Part shown: positions 18,310 through 25,174 of the stretch, piece after piece
Layout: each line of letters begins with the position of its first letter
Position numbering within the stretch: the stretch's first letter is position 1
Virus record (IMG/VR): IMGVR_UViG_3300016649_000263
Coordinates: 1 to 42,241 of that record
Length of the DNA: 42,241 bases
Strand: one strand, 5' to 3'
From: a virus
Lineage: Duplodnaviria; Caudoviricetes
Notes under the pieces: model-generated
The model's input: only the letters and a program-made list of their open reading frames with translations
Told to the model about the DNA's origin: nothing
Databases searched by the model: none
Program-made: the position numbers and the translations under genes

Positions 18310-18666
18310 TTACTGTTCGCTTAACTTCTGCTTCAGCAAGTAACCTTCCAGTAACCAGATTTTCTGCACGGCATTATCACGCGCAATCTTACGACCGATC
18401 TCCGCGTCAAAGTTCTCCGGGCTGGCGCAGGCTGATTCGCCGGTAACAGTGAAGCCGTTTTTCAGAACCAGAACACAGATGGTTAACAGATTCAGCGCAG
18501 GACTAACAGGGTCAGCCATTTCAGGAACAGGCCAGCCAGCACGCAAAGACGCACCAGCATTGATAAAGTGGCATTCAGAAATCACAGACTCAATGTGTTC
18601 TGGAGTAATGCGCGGTGCCGTTTTGCCTTTGGCCTGAATTTCCAACTCGATATCTTTGTCGCTCAT
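18310..18666 (-). CDS. N4 Gp49/Sf6 gp66 family protein (recalled as the family of the anti-CBASS sponge Acb4)
   Basis: APRIT...IES.I...LTICVLVLKNGFTVTGESACASPENFDAEIGRKIA..NA..KIW.LEGYLL signature; GAGGT RBS. Confidence 0.8.
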   Translation of the reverse strand: MSDKDIELEIQAKGKTAPRITPEHIESVISECHFINAGASLRAGWPVPEMADPVSPALNLLTICVLVLKNGFTVTGESACASPENFDAEIGRKIARDNAVQKIWLLEGYLLKQKLSEQ

Positions 18667-18683
18667 GGGTATACCTCGAGGTT

Positions 18684-18709
18684 AAAAAAATGCCCCCGGC
18701 GAAGGAGGC
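18684..18709 (-). terminator. Intrinsic terminator ending the RprA-seed sRNA
   Basis: GCCTCC-TTCGCC-GGGGGC-A-T7 on the minus strand. Confidence 0.75.
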
Positions 18710-18760
18710 GAAAGACTACACACAGCAATGGGATGTATCACGGTCACAGGTATTACCGGC
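18684..18760 (-). ncRNA. Putative Hfq-type sRNA carrying an RprA-like seed (5' end approximate)
   Basis: ATTGCTGTGTGTAGTCTTT (18729-18711) directly before a terminator, as in the 3' half of enterobacterial RprA. Confidence 0.6.
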
Positions 18761-19321
18761 TGAGCACTGTGGGCACCGGTGCCATCCCATACGGTGCTTA
18801 TTGGCTACTTCAATGCTCATGCGGTAACACGCTGGTTTACGTCCAGCAACGCTGAGTTCGGTGATCCGGTTCCAGTACCGGACTGCTCCAGATTTTAAAC
18901 CTTTGCAGGAAACAGGCACTGCCTGCGTTTATAAACAAACACCCATTAGTGAAACGGACTGTTGTGGTGTCCGGTGCTGATCTCCGGCTTCCGACTGTCC
19001 TGACCTTGTTCAGAGCCTGAGCCGTGGTCGTCACGCTCGTTTCCGGCTGGAAGCAATGCCGGTATGGGTGCTGGTCAGTTATTGCGCATCAGCCTGCGCA
19101 TTCACCACAACGGAAAGAGCACTGCATTTGACCACCTACGGCGCTTGCCAGTTGCATCGGTTCTCCGTCCTCATAACTAACGGTACTGGAGCAACTCGGG
19201 AGCATTCCGCATATCCGGTGCAATACTCTTACCTGTTGAGTGCCGGTTACGCTCCGGCGTCGTTTTTACGACCGTTCTTTTCACTGTGGTTTCATACCAA
19301 CTACCAATCATGATGACTCAA
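18750..19321 (-). ncRNA. Tandem structured ncRNA modules (putative processed polycistronic RNA)
   Basis: Abutting closing stems 19236-19321, 19112-19233, 18961-19111 and 18750-18830; irregular pairs are G-U on the minus strand; no credible CDS. Confidence 0.6.
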
Positions 19322-19324
19322 TAG

Positions 19325-19361
19325 TTACCATAAAGGTAACTGTACATCTAATAATTGTCAA
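19325..19361 (-). promoter_or_regulatory. Sigma70 promoter of the antisense cassette, -10 overlapped by an operator
   Basis: -35 TTGACA (19361-19356), 17 bp, -10 TACCTT (19338-19333); TTACC-ATAAA-GGTAA at 19325-19339. Confidence 0.7.
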
Positions 19362-19413
19362 TAAATATTCTAATATGGTTAAATGGTAATTATTTTCTGC
19401 GGATGAAAAAATC

Positions 19414-19620
19414 ATGTGCATCGGTAGCTCTCCAAAAACCTCCACACCACAGGTGCAATCAGCGCCGCAAGCTGAAGACGCAGCAGTTGTGAATGCCACT
19501 GACGAAGAGAAGCGCCGCCGCCGTGCAGCCGCTGGTCAGAAGTCAACTATCCTAACGTCTGCTCAGGGCGACACATCTACTCCGGCCGCTGCATCGGGCA
19601 AAACCCTGCTGGGGGCTTAA
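19414..19620 (+). CDS. Small conserved protein preceding the portal
   Basis: MC...P...RRRAAAG..STILT...KTLLG pattern typical of this podovirus group. Confidence 0.7.
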   Translation: MCIGSSPKTSTPQVQSAPQAEDAAVVNATDEEKRRRRAAAGQKSTILTSAQGDTSTPAAASGKTLLGA

Positions 19621-19623
19621 ACG

Positions 19624-21285
19624 ATGGCTGAAGAATCGCGCAAGCAGTTTTACATCAAACAGTTGGGTTCTCTGGAAACAGAGCGCTCTTCTTTTGATAC
19701 ACACTGGCGGGACCTGTCAGATTTCATTCTGCCTCGCAGCAGCCGATTCTTCACCACTGAACGCAACCAATCAAAGCGCAATACCAACATCGTTGACCCG
19801 ACAGCCTCACTGGCGAACCGCACGTTATCCAGCGGCATGCTCTCAGGCATAACCAGCCCGACGCGCCCGTGGTTCACCCTCGGAACGCCTGACCCGGACA
19901 TGATGGAATATGGTCCGGTTAAGTTCTGGCTAGAAACTGTTCAGAACCGCATGAACGATGTGATGAACAAATCGAACTGGTATCAGTCTTTACCGATCGT
20001 CTACGGGCAACTTGGCACATTCGGCACGACAGCGATGTCATTGTTGGAAGATGACGAAGATGTGATACGCACGCACCCATTCCCGATTGGCAGTTACTAC
20101 CTGTCGAACAGTGACCGCCTGCAGGTCGATACCGTTTACCGCAAGTTCTCTATGACGTGCCGTCAAATCGTCCAGCGTTTTGGTCTGGATAACGTCAGTG
20201 ACAGCGTTAAATCATCATTTGAAAGCAAGCAATACGAACAGTGGTTCGACGTTGTTCACGTCGTTGAGCCGAACATGAACCGCGACACCGGGAAGATGGA
20301 CTCGAAAAATAAGAAGTTCTCTTCGGTCTATTTCGAACACGGTGGCGGCGGTGACAAGCTGCTGAGCGAGAAAGGTTTCGATGATATGCCGATCATGGCG
20401 CCGCGCTGGGACATCAACGGCGAGGACGTTTACGGATCATCGTGTCCTGGCATGATTGCACTGGGTAGCGTTAAAGCTCTCCAACTCGAACAGCGCCGCA
20501 AGGCTCAGGCCATCGACAAACTGGTTAACCCGCCGATGGTGGGTCCAAGTGCTCTGAAGAACCAGCGCGCCAGTCTGTTGCCGGGTGAAATCACTTACGT
20601 TGACCAAGTCAGTGGCGGCACTGCATTCCAACCAGCTTACGCCATCAACCCGCGCATCAATGAGCTGGTGGCTGACATTCAGGACACCCGATCCCTCATC
20701 AACTCCAGCTACTTCGTTGATCTCTTCATGATGCTGCAAAACGTCAACACCCGCAGCATGCCGGTTGAAGCCGTGGTTGAGATGAAAGAAGAGAAGCTGC
20801 TGATGCTGGGGCCGGTGCTGGAACGTCTCAACGATGAGTTTCTCGACCCGTCAATCGACCGAATCTTCAACATCATGGCGCGCAAAAACATGTTGCCACC
20901 GGCTCCGAAAGAGTTGGCCGGCCAGTCGCTGCGCGTCGAATACATCTCTGTCATGGCTCAGGCACAGAAAGCCGTGGGTATTGGCTCCATCGAACGCTTC
21001 GTCGGCTTCGTCGGCGGTCTGGCTCAGACCAACCCATCCGCGCTGGACAAACTCAACGTCGATCAGGCGATCGATGACTACGGCAGCATGGTTGGCGTTC
21101 CGGCCACCATCATCGCGACCAGTGATCAGGTTGCTCAGGTGCGTGAAGAACGCGCCAAACAGCAGCAGCAACAGCAGGCGCTGGCGCAAAGCATGGCAGC
21201 CGTGCAGGGCGCCAAGACCCTCAGCGAAACCCAGACCGATCAGCCAAGCGCTCTGTCAGCCGTAGCCGGGGCGATGCAGCCATGA
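19624..21285 (+). CDS. Portal (head-tail connector) protein
   Basis: 553 aa; L.SGITSPTRPWF, FGT, PRW...GE.YG, EEKL.MLGPVLERL..E.L.P motifs. Confidence 0.92.
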   Translation: MAEESRKQFYIKQLGSLETERSSFDTHWRDLSDFILPRSSRFFTTERNQSKRNTNIVDPTASLANRTLSSGMLSGITSPTRPWFTLGTPDPDMMEYGPVKFWLETVQNRMNDVMNKSNWYQSLPIVYGQLGTFGTTAMSLLEDDEDVIRTHPFPIGSYYLSNSDRLQVDTVYRKFSMTCRQIVQRFGLDNVSDSVKSSFESKQYEQWFDVVHVVEPNMNRDTGKMDSKNKKFSSVYFEHGGGGDKLLSEKGFDDMPIMAPRWDINGEDVYGSSCPGMIALGSVKALQLEQRRKAQAIDKLVNPPMVGPSALKNQRASLLPGEITYVDQVSGGTAFQPAYAINPRINELVADIQDTRSLINSSYFVDLFMMLQNVNTRSMPVEAVVEMKEEKLLMLGPVLERLNDEFLDPSIDRIFNIMARKNMLPPAPKELAGQSLRVEYISVMAQAQKAVGIGSIERFVGFVGGLAQTNPSALDKLNVDQAIDDYGSMVGVPATIIATSDQVAQVREERAKQQQQQQALAQSMAAVQGAKTLSETQTDQPSALSAVAGAMQP

Positions 21286-21596
21286 GCCAAGTCTACGACC
21301 AGGAAGAGAACGAGCAGCGATTAGAAGAGGAACAGAAGAAGGCCGCAGAACTGGCAAAACGTGATGATCAGGACATTGAAAACATCATGAACACAGTTTC
21401 TGGTCGCCGGTTCGTCTGGTCACTGCTGGAAGAAACAAAGGTGTTCGCCTCCAGCTTCACCGGAGACAACAACGCAACGAATTTTAATGAAGGCCAACGT
21501 AACGCCGGTCTTCGCGTATTCAGCAACGTGATGCGCGTCTGCCCTGATATGTGGCTGGTGATGGCGAAAGAAGCGAAAGAGGAAGAAAAACAATGA
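21282..21596 (+). CDS. Bbp19-like phage protein
   Basis: GRRFVW.LL......SF......FNEGQRNAGL. Confidence 0.7.
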   Translation: MSQVYDQEENEQRLEEEQKKAAELAKRDDQDIENIMNTVSGRRFVWSLLEETKVFASSFTGDNNATNFNEGQRNAGLRVFSNVMRVCPDMWLVMAKEAKEEEKQ

Positions 21597-22342
21597 GCCT
21601 TATCGATCGACTTATTTTTAAGCGTCTGCAATCTGCTGACGCTGGTGGTGACGCGGGCGGCGCTGCCGGTACTGAAGCGCCAGCCGCGTCTGCCATCGAG
21701 TCTTCTGCTGAGAAACCTGCCGACCAATCTTCAGCGGCTGATAAGCCTGCAACCACGGAGAAACCTGCTGGTGAAACTGAGAAGCCAGCAGCAGGGGAAA
21801 AGACTCCTGAGCAACTGGCGCAGGAGAAGGATTTAGCAGACAAAGCTGCGGCGGATAAAGAGGCCAAAGACAAAGCCGACAAGGTGCCTGAAAAGTACGA
21901 GTTCAAGACACCGGTTGAAGGCCAAGAGTTGGACGCCGAGATGACAGCCGCTCTTGAGCCAGTCGCCCGCGAGCTTGGCCTGAATAACGAACAGGCGCAA
22001 AAGCTGGTGGACATCTACGGCAAAGAAATCTTGCCGAAGATTGAAGCGCGCCAGCAGGAGAACTGGGCAAAGCAAACCGAAGCCTGGGCGAATGAAGTCA
22101 AGACAGACAAAGAGATCGGCGGTGACGCGTTCGTTGCCAACGTAGGTCTGGCTCAGAAAGCTCTGGACACCTTCGCACCTGCCGGGTTGCGGGAATATTT
22201 GGAAACCACTGGGCTGGGGAATCATCCCGATCTGGTGCGTTGTTTCGTGAAAGTCGGCAAGGCCATGAGTGAAGACTCCATGATCATGCCAAACACTGGT
22301 GGCCAGCGTAGTGCGGCCGATGTTCTGTACGGAAAAAACTGA
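21593..22342 (+). CDS. Capsid scaffolding/assembly protein
   Basis: A/E/K/P-rich N-terminus, PEKYEF, TGLGNHP; directly upstream of the major capsid gene; ATG 21593. Confidence 0.75.
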   Translation: MSLIDRLIFKRLQSADAGGDAGGAAGTEAPAASAIESSAEKPADQSSAADKPATTEKPAGETEKPAAGEKTPEQLAQEKDLADKAAADKEAKDKADKVPEKYEFKTPVEGQELDAEMTAALEPVARELGLNNEQAQKLVDIYGKEILPKIEARQQENWAKQTEAWANEVKTDKEIGGDAFVANVGLAQKALDTFAPAGLREYLETTGLGNHPDLVRCFVKVGKAMSEDSMIMPNTGGQRSAADVLYGKN

Positions 22343-22353
22343 GGAATTGACAT

Positions 22354-23337
22354 ATGGCTGTTAAAAGCACCACAGCGCTTACGCTGGCCGACTGGGGTAA
22401 ACGTGTAGACCCACAAGGCAAGATCGACAAAATCACTGAACTGCTCTCTCAGACGAATGCTGTGTTGCAAGACATGCCGTTTGTCGAAGGCAATTTGCCA
22501 ACCGGCCACCGCACAACTGTTCGTTCTGGCTTGCCAAGCGCTACCTGGCGATTGCTGAACTATGGCGTACAGCCAAGCAAATCAACCACCGTCCAGATCA
22601 CTGATGCATGCGGCATGCTCGAAGCCTATTCAGAAGTCGATAAGTCTCTGGCTGACCTGAACGACAACACCGGTGAATTCCGTCTTTCCGAAGACCGGGC
22701 ATTCCTCGAGTCCATGAACCAATCAATGGCCACCACGCTGTTCTATGGTGATACCAGCGTTAACCCGCAGCAATTCATGGGCCTGTCTTCCCGTTACTCC
22801 AGCCTGTCAGCTGGCAATGCACAGAACATCATTGATGCTGGCGGCACCGGCACTGATAACGCATCCATCTGGCTTGTGGTATGGGGTGAAAACACCGTTC
22901 ACGGCATCTTCCCTAAAGGGCAGAAAGCAGGCCTGAGCCATGAAGACAAAGGCCAGCAGACCCTGTTTGATGCAAACGGCGGCAAGTACGAAGGGTACCG
23001 CTCTCATTACAAGTGGGATAACGGTTTATGCCTGCGTGACTGGCGTTATGTCGTGCGCATCGCAAACATCGACATCAGCGATCTGGATGCAACCACACCG
23101 GTTGATATCGTCAAGCTGATGATCAAGGCACTGCACCGTATCCCGAACCGTGGCATGGGTAAGCCTGTGTTTTACATGAACCGCACCCTGAACGAATACC
23201 TGGACATTCAATCGCTGAGCAAAGCCTCTCTGGCTCTGTCTGTGAAAGAAACCGAAGGCGAGTTCTGGACTACGTTCCGTAACGTGCCTATCCGCGAAAC
23301 CGATGCGCTTCTGGAAACTGAAGCCCGCGTTGTTTAA
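22354..23337 (+). CDS. Major capsid protein (epsilon15 gp7-like)
   Basis: EGNLPTGHRTTVRSGLP..TWR..N.GV, WDNGL.LRDWRYVVRIANID. Confidence 0.92.
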   Translation: MAVKSTTALTLADWGKRVDPQGKIDKITELLSQTNAVLQDMPFVEGNLPTGHRTTVRSGLPSATWRLLNYGVQPSKSTTVQITDACGMLEAYSEVDKSLADLNDNTGEFRLSEDRAFLESMNQSMATTLFYGDTSVNPQQFMGLSSRYSSLSAGNAQNIIDAGGTGTDNASIWLVVWGENTVHGIFPKGQKAGLSHEDKGQQTLFDANGGKYEGYRSHYKWDNGLCLRDWRYVVRIANIDISDLDATTPVDIVKLMIKALHRIPNRGMGKPVFYMNRTLNEYLDIQSLSKASLALSVKETEGEFWTTFRNVPIRETDALLETEARVV

Positions 23338-23392
23338 CCGCTGACCTTAACTGATGGGCTGCTGACGTAGCCCACTCATTGGAGAAAGAAAG

Positions 23393-23827
23393 ATGATCCT
23401 CGACAAACTGTTGATGTTCTCCGAAGCGCAGGCGGTTACCGCTACAGCTGCTTCAACCGATGTTATTGACCTGAGTCCGCTGAAAGGCACGCGTCGCGAT
23501 ATTGGCGTTGGTGAGCCGCTGGAATTCTGGGTAAACGTCAATACCACGGCAACTGCCGCCGGTGCTGCAACCCTCGAAGTTCAGTTGCAAACCAGTACCG
23601 ATAACGCCACCTGGGTAACGCTGTATGACAGTGGCACTTTGGCGCTGGCAGCATTAGTGGCCGGTAAGCGCATTCTGTCCACCAAGGTTCCTGCAGGAGT
23701 TCTGAAATACCTGCGCGTGAACTACGTGGTGACAACCGGCCCGCTGACTGCTGGTGCGTTTACAGCCGGTATTAACCTCGATGTCGATGCGAACACGTTC
23801 TACGCATCTGGCTTCACCGTTAAATAA
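23393..23827 (+). CDS. Bbp16-like capsid cement protein
   Basis: MILDKLLMFSEAQAVTATAAST.VIDL...KYLR.NY.V..GP.TAG. Confidence 0.75.
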   Translation: MILDKLLMFSEAQAVTATAASTDVIDLSPLKGTRRDIGVGEPLEFWVNVNTTATAAGAATLEVQLQTSTDNATWVTLYDSGTLALAALVAGKRILSTKVPAGVLKYLRVNYVVTTGPLTAGAFTAGINLDVDANTFYASGFTVK

Positions 23828-23838
23828 CAGGGGGCAAC

Positions 23839-24189
23839 ATGTCAGAAGTTGCACGTTACAAAATCCTGGCTACTTCATACATCAATAAACAGCTTTTGTT
23901 TGTTGGTGATGAAGTGGAATACGACGGTAAGCCGGGCAGCGCGCTGGAGCCGATCAACGACGCGGCGAAAGAAGCGAAGAAGAAGGCTGATAAGAACTAC
24001 GTCGAGCCAACACCGGAAGGCGAACATCTGCCAAAGCTGAAAGGCGGAGGCTCTAATCAGGCCGATGTCGATCTGGCTGCTCTGCGTGATGAATACGAAG
24101 CGTTATTCAACACTGCTCCGCATCCGGCCATGAAGGCTGAAACCATGAAGACCAAAATTGCTGAAAAGCGCGCTGAGTTAGGCGTTTAA
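23839..24189 (+). CDS. Hypothetical head-region protein
   Basis: ORF in the head operon. Confidence 0.65.
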   Translation: MSEVARYKILATSYINKQLLFVGDEVEYDGKPGSALEPINDAAKEAKKKADKNYVEPTPEGEHLPKLKGGGSNQADVDLAALRDEYEALFNTAPHPAMKAETMKTKIAEKRAELGV

Positions 24190-24202
24190 CAGTCACTTCC
24201 TG

Positions 24203-24221
24203 AAGGGGCGAAAGCCCCTTT
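24203..24221 (+). terminator. Intrinsic terminator after the head genes
   Basis: AAGGGGC-GAAA-GCCCCTTT. Confidence 0.7.
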
Positions 24222-24239
24222 ACTCCCCGGAGCATCGAC

Positions 24240-24569
24240 ATGAAACAGCCACAAATGGTCAATCTCAAACAGGGCACAGACAGCTTTCAAACCGAAGAGG
24301 GCAAAACGGTAGAGCGTGACGACTATCCGTGGGGTCTGCGCATTACCCTCAACGATGAAACGCTGAAAAAGCTGGGCATCGCGTTGCCTAAGGTCGGCAC
24401 TGAAATGATGTTGGCCGGAAAGGTTAAAGTCCTTTCTACAAGCACCCGCGAAGACGGCGAAGAAACCTATAGCAGCGTAGATATGCAGATCACCGATATC
24501 GGCCTGATGGATGGCGCATCAGAACCGCAGAAGACCGCCGCTGATACGTTATACGGGAGCGATGCGTAA
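24240..24569 (+). CDS. Capsid staple protein (epsilon15 gp10-like)
   Basis: VNLK.GTDSF...YPWGLRITL..E.L..LG...QITDIGL resembles epsilon15 gp10. Confidence 0.8.
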   Translation: MKQPQMVNLKQGTDSFQTEEGKTVERDDYPWGLRITLNDETLKKLGIALPKVGTEMMLAGKVKVLSTSTREDGEETYSSVDMQITDIGLMDGASEPQKTAADTLYGSDA

Positions 24570-25174
24570 TGGCCTCAGTTATCCAGATTTGCAACATCGC
24601 GCTGATGCGCATCGGCAGCTCACGCACGATCAACAGCCTGAGCGAGCAGAGCAAGCAGGCTGATGTCGCCAATGTGTTCTACGAGTCTTCACGCGATACC
24701 GTGCTGAGTGATTTCGACTGGAACTTCGCTTCCAAACGTGTCGCCCTTGCCGATCTGGATACTCCTTCAACTGACTGGCAATTTGCATACCGCTATCCGA
24801 CTGACTGCATGCGCATTACAGAAATCATGACGCCTGGTATCCGTTATCCGGCGCCTGGTATGCGTGTGACGTATGAGGTGGGGGCAGATGCAGCAGGCAC
24901 CGGGAAAATAATCTATACCAACCAGCCAGAAGCGCAGTTGCGTTACGTTGGCAAGATCACAGACCCGAACATGTTTGATGCGCAGTTCGCCGATGCTCTG
25001 AGCTGGAAGCTGGCAGCAGAATTTGCCATGCCTTTGGCGGCGTCTGGTGACCTTGGCAATAAAGCACTGCAGATGTACAACGCGATGGTGCTGGCAGGCG
25101 TTGCGCATTCCAATAATGAATCACAGGAACCACTGGTGCCAGAATCGGAGTTCACCATAGCGAGGTTGTCATAA
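24569..25174 (+). CDS. Tail adaptor/tubular protein A
   Basis: ICN.AL..IG, WNFA.KRV.L, Y.YP.DC, F.DALSWKLA. Confidence 0.8.
   Translation: MASVIQICNIALMRIGSSRTINSLSEQSKQADVANVFYESSRDTVLSDFDWNFASKRVALADLDTPSTDWQFAYRYPTDCMRITEIMTPGIRYPAPGMRVTYEVGADAAGTGKIIYTNQPEAQLRYVGKITDPNMFDAQFADALSWKLAAEFAMPLAASGDLGNKALQMYNAMVLAGVAHSNNESQEPLVPESEFTIARLS

Noticed and set aside
18568-19313. Several 60-95 aa ORFs across the cassette
   Set aside because: No good RBS or recognisable motifs, mutually overlapping, and the region is better explained by RNA stems
18684-19321. CRISPR array, solitary-repeat RNA anti-CRISPR, or TIGR-like array
   Set aside because: No regularly spaced direct repeats; CACTGCC at ~18917 matches only 7 nt of the type I-F repeat; no cas or Nop-domain gene seen
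18961-19321. Genuine tRNA genes
   Set aside because: No GTTCRA T-loop, canonical anticodon arm or CCA end; reported as tRNA-like only
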